From contig CM097885.1 of NCBI GenBank assembly GCA_044892525.1, positions 47,803,727-47,867,726 on the forward strand: DNA of 64,000 bases, written 5' to 3'. A program made the translations under genes and the position numbers. This stretch comes from Schmidtea polychroa. Lineage: Eukaryota. Positions 14,334-28,136 of the stretch are shown in pieces (within the stretch, counting starts at the first letter, position 1; each line of letters opens with the position of its first letter). A model generated the notes under the pieces. That model was not told the origin of the DNA. It worked only from the letters and a program-made list of their open reading frames with translations, and searched no databases.

Positions 14334-14423
14334 ATGTTTTTAACAAATAAATGTTATTTAGTTTTTGTTATTTTATATATTTTGATAATAGTAGTAATAA
14401 TAATAATAGTAATAATATTAATA

Positions 14424-14490
<67 letters not shown>

Positions 14491-14775
14491 TAATAGTAAA
14501 AACATTAATAATAATGAAACACATTAATAATAAATCTGTAAATAGAACATATAACAAAACATGTAATAATTAAAACATTAATAGTAAAAAACATTAATAA
14601 TAAAACACATAAATAATAAATCTGTAAATAGAACATATAACAAAACATGTGACAATGCAACATCAATGCATTTTGAATGCAATTTAAACAAAGACATATT
14701 GAAATCTGATTGGATGATAGACACGAGTCGAAGGTATAAAAACCCTGTACCATTTCATTTTAATCATTATTCACG

Positions 14776-15189
14776 ATGACCAAGAAAATTTCAGGCACCG
14801 AAAAACCGAAAGAAGAACTTGTACAACCGGTTCAAATATTCCACAACTACAAAATGTATTTTTTAAAAGAAGAAATCAATATGAAATTGGTTGCACCGGT
14901 CAAGCTAATTCCAACTCAATTTCAATTCTTATCCGGCACGCTTTCAATGATAGATGTTAAAACTATTGATGATGTTTTCAAACGGTTAAATTCAAATCTA
15001 GCATGTAATCAACATGCATGGTTCAACAATAGATATGCAAGATTTTATGATTCTTTTGATGAAATCAGTTTCAAAGAAAACGAAAATTGGTATATAACAA
15101 TTGCAATCCAGGGATATAAAGTTGATAATAATGATGTGTATTCTCCTATTTGGAAAATTATGTCTGCTAGACTTTCACAGCTATTTTAA
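14776..15189 (+). CDS. Hypothetical protein, 137 aa (possibly beta-rich nucleic-acid binding)
   Basis: Clean ATG ORF with TATAAAAA at ~14735, ATTGG upstream and AATAAA shortly after the stop. Confidence 0.65.
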   Translation: MTKKISGTEKPKEELVQPVQIFHNYKMYFLKEEINMKLVAPVKLIPTQFQFLSGTLSMIDVKTIDDVFKRLNSNLACNQHAWFNNRYARFYDSFDEISFKENENWYITIAIQGYKVDNNDVYSPIWKIMSARLSQLF

Positions 15190-15338
15190 TGTTCTATTTA
15201 ATGTATTTAATAAATGTATTAGTCATATTTGTTTTTCTCTTTATTAACAAAGAAATTGCAACATTAATGCAAATGACATGCAAATTTAACAAAGAAAATC
15301 TATAAACAAACTTACAATATAGTTTTAAAGTGATAAAA

Positions 15339-15710
15339 ATGACTGCGGAAAAAGGTTAACATGATTAATTAATTAATTACCGAATTATTTGTTATTATTT
15401 AGAATTTGTAATCAACTTTTTGTTGGAAAAATTAGCAGAAATAGCTGGTGTAAAAATTGAGGACATATTATCTGTTACAAATGCATTAAATATCGGCTGG
15501 GTAGTTGAGAGTCAAGATTCAGGATTTGATGATCAGGAAGAAGAAACTCAAGAAACTGATACTCAAGAAATTGATGAGGAAATATATGAACCTATAGATG
15601 AACCTATAGATGAACCTAAAGATACGGAAAATATTACGAATGATTGTATTGATCATGTCGTTGAAAATGTAATGAAATGTGGAGATGACGATTGTGAATG
15701 TGTTAATTAA
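15339..15710 (+). CDS. Spliced acidic orphan protein, 107 aa (exons 15339-15354 and 15403-15710)
   Basis: A 48-nt GT..TAG intron joins MTAEK in frame to the 15420 ORF. TATAAA at 15301; D/E-rich C-terminal half. Confidence 0.6.
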
Positions 15711-15789
15711 TAAATTTTAGTTAATTATTTCTTATACTTTCTTAATATTTCTTATATATTTATTTAAAAAATAAAACAATATAACTATA

Positions 15790-16316
15790 TCAATTTTTAT
15801 TTAAAAATCTAGAAATTACATAGAAAATAGCGACACCTGTTGAAAATTTAATAAAGGTTTTAAATCTTCTTTTATGCTGATCGATTTCCTTAGCATTTCG
15901 GGCGAGTTTTTTCAATGTACCCCATCCGCCATTGGCTTCTATCCATGGAGTAAATTTAGATTTGATTATCTAAAAAATCAATATTATTAAAATATAGATT
16001 ATAAAAGTATTACTTCTTGAGACCATTGATAATAGTGTTGTGAGTCCCATGAACTTTTTTCAATTATAATCTTCATATAAGTGAACCCTACAATTATTCT
16101 GGTCCACTTCATTTCGTCATCGAATAGACAATTGAATATTCTATTGAAGTAGAACTTCTTCGTCTCCAGACACTCCATATCTAGCATGTTTTGGTAATCA
16201 ATATGATTCCCCTCGATGATTTCTTCAGTGCGATTAATTAGGTAACTGAGGCTTTCCGTAATGCCTGTATTGACGACCTCATTTAACAAGTTGTCGATAA
16301 AATTAGGTTGCGACAT
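15790..16316 (-). CDS. Bcl-2 family protein, 160 aa (exons 16316-16014 and 15969-15790)
   Basis: BH1-like LFDDEMKWTRIIVGF in exon 1. After a 44-nt GT..AG intron come BH2 PWIEANGGW and a tail anchor FIKFSTGVAIFYVISRFLNKN. Confidence 0.85.
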
Positions 16317-16437
16317 TTCTACAGTAATTTAAAATATGATGTTTTATTTATACTACTACAGAAGTGTGTGCAATATGATTCCGATTGGTTAATAGACTAT
16401 AAATGTAAAATATATATGAGTTATGATTTGATACAAC

Positions 16438-16941
16438 ATGAAAACTATATTTCTATTGCTAATTATTATTATAACGAGTGTGTGCTCACACAATACAACA
16501 ATAACAGTGGAGTCTTTTAACAAATCAATATGTGTTTGTCCAAATACCGCCAAGTTGATGGATATTTTATATATTATTGACAAACCAAAATGGGCAAAGC
16601 ATCCAGGAAAAAGAATATCCGAAAGATTGGAGAATTTAGAAAACAGCTATGACCTATCATTTGAATATATACAAAATATAAAATTTAAATTGATTGATCA
16701 TATTGAAGTTTTCAATAACTCAATTGTTGAAAATAAAAAGAATATGAAAATTATTCATAATAAGCATGTGTATTTGTTAATAAAGATTGAATTATTATTA
16801 AGCGAAATTCAAACAATCAAAGGATCGATAGAATATCTGAAAAACAATTCAACGTTACCAATTTCAAACAATATTGGTGCAAATATGAGTACATCAATAT
16901 TTAGATTACCATTGTTAATTTTAAATTATTTTATTGTTTAA
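16438..16941 (+). CDS. Putative secreted or surface coiled-coil glycoprotein, 167 aa
   Basis: Signal-peptide-like MKTIFLLLIIIITSVCS, several NxS/T sequons, a heptad-like middle and a hydrophobic C-terminus; TATAAAT ~40 bp upstream. Confidence 0.6.
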   Translation: MKTIFLLLIIIITSVCSHNTTITVESFNKSICVCPNTAKLMDILYIIDKPKWAKHPGKRISERLENLENSYDLSFEYIQNIKFKLIDHIEVFNNSIVENKKNMKIIHNKHVYLLIKIELLLSEIQTIKGSIEYLKNNSTLPISNNIGANMSTSIFRLPLLILNYFIV

Positions 16942-16972
16942 TAAATGTATTAATCTATTTTATTATTATTAA

Positions 16973-17791
<819 letters not shown>

Positions 17792-18996
17792 CGTAATATC
17801 ACTTTTTATATAGCACAAAAAATAAATAGCACTTATTATGTAGCACCAAATTGTCTAAGCCCGGCATTGCGATCACCCCCATGGTAACAGATTACCCAAG
17901 CTGATTAGAGCGGCATTATTTCAAAATTGTCTAATATTTTGGACAAATTTTGTTTATTATTTTATTTCAAATTTTCAATTAATTTGTCCTAATTTTTATA
18001 TTACCAAAAATATTGTGAAATTTTCATTTTCCTTTTCGATAAATTGATATATAGAAACAAACAATATTTGGAATTTTATTTGTTTATTCATATTTGGTGT
18101 TAAGTTTAAATGTTCTACTTATTAATAGTCACTAATAAGTAATTTACATAAAAATAATTTTATAAATTAAATTTCTGAGAATATTATTGAATATCTGAGA
18201 CAGTTCTAAAAGTAAAATCTTTATCATCTGAGATTCGGTAAATAATAACAATTTAAATATAGGTCTAAAATTGTGGTATGCAAAAGGTGTTCGTTGGTCT
18301 CTGTTTGATCAACTGACCGATATTATTTTTTCTAGAGAATTTATTTAAAATTAAGATTATTTTTAAAGGTATTTCTTTGAATATTAACACCAGGAAATCT
18401 CACACATAGAAAACCCAAGAACTGACAGTTAATTTATTTAGTCGCTGAAGATTTAAAAATTTTACAGACATTTTCATTGAAGATTTGTCCATTATTATTT
18501 CTGGACTCAATTTCTCGTCAGTATGAGATTATGAAGACGTTCGCAAGTTGTATTTATTCCCAATACATTCATGACATATTTAATAGGAGAAACATTTCTC
18601 CCAGTCAATTATTTCCAATGAAGTTTGAAACCTAGATTCAGTGTGGGTTTACACTAAATTAAACTTCAGAGGAAAATATACTTTTAGATGTAATTCCTGT
18701 ATAATGTAAAATGATTGCAACTGAATTTCAAGGTTTAGGGGATGACAAGCGCTAGAAACCCTTATGAGTGTGGCTTCAATTACTAATAAAAGAAAGTATG
18801 TACTTTTTAAATTTACTGATAGTCATGCAATTTTACTTATAAGAACTATTATGTATATTTATTATTCACAAATTGTCTCACGGATCCTTCTTTGTCTTTC
18901 CATAAGTAAATAAAATTATCACACTTTCTTTGTTATACCTGAAGTGACGTAGCTGGCATAAAACACTGGTCATATTTGTTGAAAGTGAGTCAATGA

Positions 18997-19450
<454 letters not shown>

Positions 19451-20095
19451 ATTAATAATGTTCTAATAAATTATGACAAGCCAACGGTCAGAGCTGATTT
19501 ATCAATAAAATTTCAAAACGTAAAGTTATCAACAAATGCACAATACAAATTTGCGTAAATATCAAATATCATTAAATGAAACTCGATTCAGTTCGACTCA
19601 CACCATGATGTCAGACCCCCCCTTCAACAATCTTGAATTTGTGTCATAATCAGTTCTTAACTGCTCGACGAAAAGTGCTGGTACAATAATTATTGGCTTC
19701 ACACAATTTCATATGGGTCACTAGAGAGGGCATCAAATCATTTGTATTGTCTTCCATTGAGAGGAAACAATTCAGATGATAAATTGAATTATTTGGCCAT
19801 CATTTTTTGTCAATTGGATCAATGTTTTGGTAACTTAATATTGGGACACGGTATGAGAGCAGAAAAGAATGAATAGACCTCATCCAAGGTGACACGAATT
19901 GTCATCCTGATGTTTTCATAGAGGTTAACCATTGACTGTATTGTGATTTGTTTTGTGGATAATCAGTGATTACTCATGTGCTATCAATGTGCATAATGTT
20001 GTTGATATTGTTATTTTTATTGTTGTTATAATAATAATTATAATAATAATTATTAACAATAATAATAATAATAATTATTATTATTATTATTGTTA

Positions 20096-20235
<140 letters not shown>

Positions 20236-22028
20236 TATTATTATTATTAAACAAATGATAAGTTAAGCCTTTGCAGCAGAACATGAAATAAATGAGAAAT
20301 TTTTTGAATATATAATAATCTTTTTCAATCTAAAAATTATCTTATAATCGAAAATTTCCTCATTTAATGCATAGAATGCTATTTATTTTCTACTTCTATA
20401 AAAATTAAATTATAATTACTAAATGTTTTCTTTTGATGCATCAGTAACTTATTTATTTTTAATTTAATTGATAAAGTTTTTTTAAAAGAATATTAAAGTT
20501 GAATATCATAGTTAGATAATTTTATTGTAGTAATTATTGTATTTTGGTAAAACATTAAGACCGTGAGGACATTCCCGTAATTCGACCGTTCACGTGTATC
20601 AAACGTTTGGGGGCATTTTAAAATTTAAAACAAGGACGGCTTTTTCAAAAATTTACAAAAAACCGTGTAACACCGGCACTTTTAGCAGTATTAATATTTC
20701 GCAACAGCCTCAAAAATCTGCGTCTGTTCTTTATTAATTTTGCTAGAAAAAAAGATTTTTACATATTTATTCAAATAATATATAATTATATTTAAAAAAA
20801 ATTTCATTTGCAATAAATTATGTGTAACGACGCACATGTGTCAATTCGTATTATTTTGGTAGATTTTTAATTAATTTTCCATATTATGATTATATATAAA
20901 AAAATATCATTCTAAATAATACAACTCTTATATGCCAGTGTAAGCAGTGCAATGTGTAGAGAAATACAATTAATTCGAATAAAGAATTTATTCAAATTAA
21001 CATTTCAGTAAATAATTGTCATATCTTCTCCAATAGTCAATATATCGACGAAAGCACGAACACTTGATCTGGAGATTGTATGGAGATTGTTGAAGATCTT
21101 GACCATCATCAGAGAGATCATTGCTAATAAGACTAAGGTTTCTGTTTCTTGAGTTTCCGGCATATTTGATTTATTGATTTTGACTCGATTTGATGATTGC
21201 GAAGTTAAATAATTCATTGTTTCTTTTTACATTGAATTTGATGATTTTTTTGGAAAAAGACCGGATTATTTAAACAATCGTTTTTAATTTAATTTTAATT
21301 TAATTAATTTAATAATATATTTGCAGTTCAATTATTAAATTGATAAAAGTGCTAGTCAGAGGCACTACAGTCCCTAGTACTAGTTTAAGACTAAGTTAAA
21401 GTAGTCTAAAGGATAACATTCACATTTTTATAGGTTTTTTTATTAAATGCAAATTTCAATAAAATTGTATTAATTGATACAGTTTATACTGTGTATATTA
21501 TGTGCACAATGGCCCAAAATAGTTAGCCAAAAATTCAAAATAATAACTCAAGTAAACAGATAAAAATGGACAAGGGGGCACTTTTTAGTTTCGCCCCAGG
21601 TGGCATTTTGCCTCACTACGCCACTGCATATAATGTACATACAATTTTAAAGTTGAATTTTTCTCGCTTTAAGTTGAGTGAATTTATCAATAATAGATTC
21701 GTACTTTAAAGATTGAACTACATCGTTTTGAACAACATCATTGACAAATGACTTAAATGAGCCCGAGTCAACGAGTTTCTTAAATAATTTTTAACTCTTT
21801 TTAGAACAGAAAATGAACATTCGGCACTGGCGTACAAATCGGTATTGTCAAAAAGATTTTTAGAATTGTTTCCACGTTCGGAAACGTAGATTGCAAACCC
21901 CCAATTAATAATTTGTACATTTCAACAGGATTGGTGACGTTTTATTCTTTTATGAATACAATAAAATGAATAAGTTCTTCTTTAAAATACCTATTGTCAA
22001 CATCTTTTTTATATTTTTGCTCTTTGTC

Positions 22029-24938
22029 TCAATTTTTAAGATAAGGCCAAACACAAAGCTCAGGAGCTATAGGTAAATCATCTAGCTTATCTTGTATACT
22101 ATCAGGAATGACGATGTCAACCTCTAGAACATATCCACGATCTCCATCAAACTCATCCCCATTTGCACATCTTTCAACAATACCATTCATTTCAGTCTGA
22201 TCATTTATCCATCTAAATTCACAAATAGGAAGTTTTTGCGACAGCGCCCATCCATATAAATTATTAACATCTAGGTATGACATTTGTGTTGATTCATCAG
22301 CTTCAACATGATGTTTGTTGATAAATGTCATTCCACCATGAATACCAGCTTCAAATAAACGGTAAAGCTCTGGATCTTGAATAAGTTCTACCGGTTCAGG
22401 TAACTGTTTAATAGCTGATGCCCAACTTAATCCGGGTATGGAAACAAACGATAAAGCCTCAAGTCCATCTTCGTCAAATGTTTTTTCTCTGAAAGCTTCA
22501 AAAACATCGGCCAACACAAAAACATCCAACTTGAGATATACTAGCATGTAATCTAGCAGTGTCTCACAGTTATATTGTCGCCAGATTTGATTTGCATGTA
22601 TATAATCTTCTTGACTAACTCCCTCCCAAATCGATGGTAATTCTGTTATTGACTGTAAAACATCCATTGACGTAGCAATATCATAAGGAAATATGCCTTT
22701 ACCAGTTATTAGATGTGAATTGAAAATCTTTGAAGTAAGTGGAAGACGTGGCAAATTTTTTGATAAATTTGCCAAGCTGCTATTTAAAAATTGTAAAGAA
22801 TCAATGAATCTAATTCTTCTGCCTTTCGATGTCGCTGTAAGTGTGAGAAACTTTTCTGTTGATTGAGGAATAACAATTAAATTCCAATCTGGGAATTTTC
22901 CAATTGCATATTTTAATATATGATGAATGTCATATCCACGAAGATTATGAAATACAACAGGTAAAGACGGATTGATTCTTCTAGCCAAATTACAATCTTG
23001 ACACGCTGCTCCGAGATATTGACCAGTAAAATGATCATGATCTCGAACAGGTATATTGATAATCTTTTTACAAAGGTAGCAATGAGTTTGAGTCGTGAAT
23101 TCTTCCTGCTCTTCCCAAGTGAGTTCCATCATTTTCTTTGATCCATTAATTTTATACCACGGATAAACTATGTCTGTAGCTATATCATCCAATGCTTGTA
23201 TGAACTGAATGATACAGTTTTTCCCAACAAATGTTTCATTTCGGATCGGACAACCTTGATGGAGAAGCACAAATTCAGATGCAATCGGCTCATGTTTTTG
23301 GAAGTGTTTGTCATCTAGAGGTAATATCGATTCAAAGTCCGCGTAGACAACAAACTGCTGTTTTATAGTTTTACTCCAATCTTTAAATTCGATATATTTA
23401 TTCTCTGGCATTGAGTATAGAGTCGTACGCTCCACATTCTTTCTACAAAGACCTATATGTCTTTCAAAAGCAGGACGTTTTTGAAACCCATGAAGACACG
23501 TATGACACCAATGTGATTGGATTCTGACTCCTTCTACTCTATCTCTGTAATTCAGCAGTCGATCGAGATTAGTTACAGCCAAAAAATGACAGCCAAAAAA
23601 GTTAATATTTTTAATGATTAAAGGAAATATTACCTTCTTCAATCAATAGGAGATATATCTGAGATCCCGTTGAAGTACTTCTATATACCAAGTCAATGAA
23701 CGGATTCTTGAAAATATCATTAGTTTTTTGTTTAATTGGATCTTTATTATATTTGAGAACATTGATCGCTAGATTTGGATTAATTGCTTCAAATTGGCAA
23801 ATGTTAACCAACTTCATCGGAAACCATTTAAATTTCCATTTTAAGTCTTAAAAACAAAATTCAATGATTTATGACATTTATAAATATATATATATATATA
23901 TATATATTACCACTTAAGTTATATTTTGTTGTTCTTTCTCTATTCCGACGTATATCATCATAACGTAACACAGCTAGTATGCTATATAAAAAACAGAATT
24001 GATCATTGTTTTGAACATTAACTAAAGCCTGACAGTTTTTCAGGTAATTTGGCGTTTTAATGTAACTTGAACCTAAGTAATCTCTTGATTTATATATATA
24101 TATATAATAATGTAAATAATCTTACCAGATACATGTATTATGTCTGATAATTTAGTTAAAATCATAGTAACTTCTAATATTTTATGAATTCTCCACCCAC
24201 TACTTTGTTGAGTGTATTTCTCCAACTTTTCTTTTAATTTTTCAATTCCATCATTAATAAATGAAGATGACATTGTAATTGCTTTATTCGACAAACACCA
24301 TTTTTTAATTTCACCATCCTCTTTGATAAACTCTGCACAAAGTCCAAATTGGATTTTTACTGTCCCCATTCGTTGAATATGATCTTCTATTTCTTTGATG
24401 AGACAATCTGGAACAACAATGTCAGGAGAATTAATTGCAGATACATCGCTTGTCAATTCAACACGAGAACCGTTTAAGTCAGACTCCCGACGTGGACACA
24501 ATTGTATGTTAGAGTCTCCATTTCTGTAAAATATTGACTTTCGTTTTGTGGTGCCAGAGTTTTGTCTAACTATATTTATAATTAATATTAAACAACTTAA
24601 ATAACATAACTTGTAACATATTCTTTAATCTCCTTAGGATCGTATGATGTATTCATTTTCGATTGTACTATAAAAAATTAATAATTGTTAATAGTAGAAA
24701 GAGTATTACTTTTAGTGATCATCCTGCTCTTCGTTTCTTCGAATCTTCTAAGATGGTGTCCGTGTTGTCGTACAAACATTAACCACCTACCTGGTGTTAT
24801 AATGAGACATTCCGGACATATGTAACCCGATAAGGTAGAGTCATTTATCTTGAAATATGATGATGTAACTGATTTACAGTTCTCCACATCTTCATGACTT
24901 TCGGCAATACAAAATTTATATAAACTGCATCCGTTCAC
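22029..24938 (-). pseudogene. Maverick 2 pPolB, N-terminal and central part, intron-containing and truncated
   Basis: YADFES, FHNLRGYD, YLDVNNLYG and the EndoVII-like motif. Introns 24125-24073 and 23910-23847 join exons in frame. Homology ends after PELC at ~22053. Confidence 0.88.
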
Positions 24939-25720
24939 TAAAAAATAATCATTAATATTAGATAGAGAATAAAAATTTATTCACTTATATAAGTTAAATT
25001 AAAAGTTTAAATGACAAACATTTGAAAAGTTACTGCTTATATATTACACATGATTAAATTCTGACCAATCAAAATCAAGGAAGGGGTAGGAAAAATAAAT
25101 ATATTCTGACCAATCAAAATCAAGGAAGGGGTATGAAAAATAAATGCATTACATTGCAGTATTTTAAAACTTAAATTTTAAAACACATTTTGACGCTAAA
25201 GTTGACTTATTTAACATTTTCATAATAATTTAATAAAAATAATGTGTTGAACTCACAAAGTAATATCATTTTTTCATCAAATTGCAAAACAGTAATAACG
25301 TTTTCATAAAATTGTAACAAAGTAATAACATATTTCAGATAAATTTTCAACAGTTGTAAAATATTTAAACAAATTGTAACAAGATTAGAAAATATTACAA
25401 CAAAGTAGTAACATATTTCAGAAAATTTCAACAAAGTTGTAAAATATTTATCAAATTGTAACTAAAATAATAAAAATATTGCAACAAAGTAATAAAATAA
25501 TGATGTTAATTGGGACAAATCAATACATTATTTCGAAGACGGACAACAAATTAAAAAAGAATATTGTAATAAATTGTGAAGTCTTTCAGTAAATTACAAC
25601 AAAGTAATAACATATTTCGGAAATATTTCACCAGATGTAAAATATTTAAGCAAATTGTTATAAGATTATAAAAATATTGCAACAAAGTAATAAAATAATA
25701 CAACATTTTAAACTCTAGAT

Positions 25721-26135
25721 CAATCCATTTTATAGAAAATTAAATTTTATCTCTATAATATATGAATAAATATACAAGGAAATTACGTTAACGTATAATA
25801 AATACAAATTTATCGTAAAAACATGTGTGTATTACACACAAAACAAGATACATAATTTCTAATCAATCCATTTTATAGAAAATTAAATTTTATCTATATA
25901 TTATATGAATAAAATCCTAAGAAAATTACGTTAACCGCGCGAAAAATACAAATTTATCGTAAAAACATGTGTGTATTACACACAACATACGAGACATAAT
26001 TTTTAATCAAGCTATTTTATAGAAAATTAAATTTTATCTATATATTAAATGAATAAAAATCCAAGAAAATAACGTTAAGCGCGCGAAAAAATACAAATTT
26101 ATTGTAAAAACATGTGTGCATTACACACAAAGCAC
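25721..26135. repeat. Three ~143-bp tandem repeats in the Maverick 2 non-coding region
   Basis: CATTTTATAGAAAATTAAATTTTATCT...AAAAACATGTGTG recurs at ~25721, 25864 and 26008. Confidence 0.85.
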
Positions 26136-26211
26136 CAAACTGAAATTGTAATTGCGCCGTGTTGTAGAGAATTAAATTCTGCCTATACATTGTTACACTT
26201 AAATCTCGATC

Positions 26212-26903
26212 AGACCTGTGAAAAGAGACATAAAAGAGAAAGAACAGTAGAGTAGTATGATTGGTCACCGCCAGAACAGGTCACCGCCCTGCCACATATA
26301 CCCCCTCCCCCCCCTCCCCCCCGGGAAAAAAATTTTTAGAACGATGCCACATATTTTTAGAACTATTACGTAATCGATGCCTAATATTTTTAGAATGATT
26401 ACGTCATATTTTTAGAACGATGCCTCATATTTTTAGAACGATGCCTAATATTTTTAGAACGATGCCTAATATTTTTAGAATGATTACGTCATAATTTTAG
26501 AACGACGCCTAATATTTTTAGAACTATTACGTAATCGATGCCTAATATTTTTAGAATGGCGCCTCTTATTTTTAGAACTATTACGTAATCAATGCCTAAT
26601 ATTTTTAGAACGATGCCTAATATTTTTAGAACTATTACGTAATTTTTTTTTAAATTAATTGGTCCAGCGGTGACCTACTTTTTTTCTTCCCAAAAGTAAT
26701 GTTTCCATCATCCGAATTTATTAATCAAACACTTATTTTAAAGCCCAGTGCAAAATCTATATACTGATATATAAATATTATTATTAACATTATTTTACAC
26801 ACGGGGGAAGGGGGTATATGTGGCCGAGCGGGCTCCTGGCCGGGCGGGCCCCAATCATACTACTCTACTGTTCTTTCTCTTTTATGTCTCTTTTCACAGG
26901 TCT
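26212..26903. mobile_element. 692-bp inverted-repeat cassette (Maverick-TIR-related) with internal ~21-bp tandem repeats
   Basis: AGACCTGTG...GATTGG at 26212-26264 is the exact reverse complement of 26851-26903. The interior has TATTTTTAGAACGATGCCTAA and ATTACGTAAT repeats. No TSD found. Confidence 0.6.
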
Positions 26904-28136
26904 ATTGGTGAATTTAGATGGATAAATGATCAGACTGAAATGAATGGTATTGTTGAAAGATGTGCAAATGGGGATGAGTTTGATGGAGATCGTGGATATG
27001 TTCTAGAGGTTGACATCGTCATTCCTGATAGTATACAAGATAAGCTAGATGATTTACCTATAGCTCCTGAGCTTTGTTATCCACCTGGTAGTAAAGTTGA
27101 AAAGCTGTTGTTAACTCATGAGCCTAAGAAAAACTATGTAGTTAATGGTAGAGTTTTGACAGAGTGGTTGAGTTACGGCGCAAAAGTCACAAAAGTTAAT
27201 CGTGCTGTAGAATTCAAGCAAGTAGCTATTTTCAAACGCTATATTGATTACAATACTCAAATGAGAGCAGCTAGTACAGATTCATTTCAGCGAGATTATT
27301 ATAAGTTAAAGAACAATAGTTTATACGGTAAAACCGTGGAAAACCTTAAGAAACGTATAAATTTGAGATTAGGCAGCAAAAGCAAAAGATTGATAACTTA
27401 TTGTAGTAATCCTATGTTTCGTCGTAGCATCAAGATTGCGGATGATCTCATTGCTGTTATACTTGATAAGGAAATGGTGTGTTTAGATAGACCAATGTAT
27501 ATTGGACAAACCGTACTTGATTTATCTAAACTTCGCATGTACCAGTTTCAATATAAAGAACTACAGAGTTATAGAGAAGAATTCAATTGTCAAATTAATA
27601 TCGTAGCCGGTGACACAGATTCCTTCTTTTTAGAGTGTAAAAATGTTGATTTACGCTTACAACTGTATCCAAAAATGATTGCCGATGGGCTCCTAGATAC
27701 TTCAAATTATCCGGTGACTGATCCATTGTTCTCAGATAAAATTTGTTCGGTAATCGGGAAATTCAAGGATGAGAATAAAGGAAATCAATATAAAGAATGG
27801 GTGTTTCTTCGACCCAAGTGCTACTCACTCCAAGGAGATAAAAACACTCTAAAAGCCAAAGGAATAAGTCTTACAAATTCTAATATCACCCATGAAGCCT
27901 ATAAAAAAGTGTATACTGATGGTGGAACAGTGAGCATCCAACAAAAGAGAATAGGAAGTGTTAATCATCAGTTGTATACTTTCATTACAGAAAAACGAGC
28001 TCTCCAATGTTTGGATGATAAAAGGTATTGGTTCAATTCTAATGAAAGCTATGCCTACGGTCACTATAAGATTCGTCAAATGCATATCGCAACTGCTCCG
28101 TCTACAAATGAATGCAAATCGAAACAAGAACTTTAA
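26902..28136 (+). pseudogene. Maverick 2 pPolB, C-terminal part, inverted relative to the N-terminal part
   Basis: KLKNNSLYGK, AGDTDS, LRPKCY and DDKR motifs. The first 176 bp duplicate 22053-22228 in reverse complement. Confidence 0.9.

Noticed and set aside
21005..21217. 70-aa ORF as a Maverick 2 accessory gene
   Set aside because: No motif, separated from pPolB by hAT-like debris, and element 2 boundaries and TSD could not be found.
26330..26645. CRISPR-like appearance of the short repeat arrays (also 548-804 and 59230-59845)
   Set aside because: No unique spacers of constant length, no cas genes, and a eukaryotic context; these are degenerate tandem repeats.
26820..26901. N-terminus MAERAPGRAGPNHTT... 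of the 438-aa ORF and the similar 26038-26268 ORF
   Set aside because: Read-through of the inverted-repeat arm into the pPolB fragment from a non-ATG start; not a real fusion protein.
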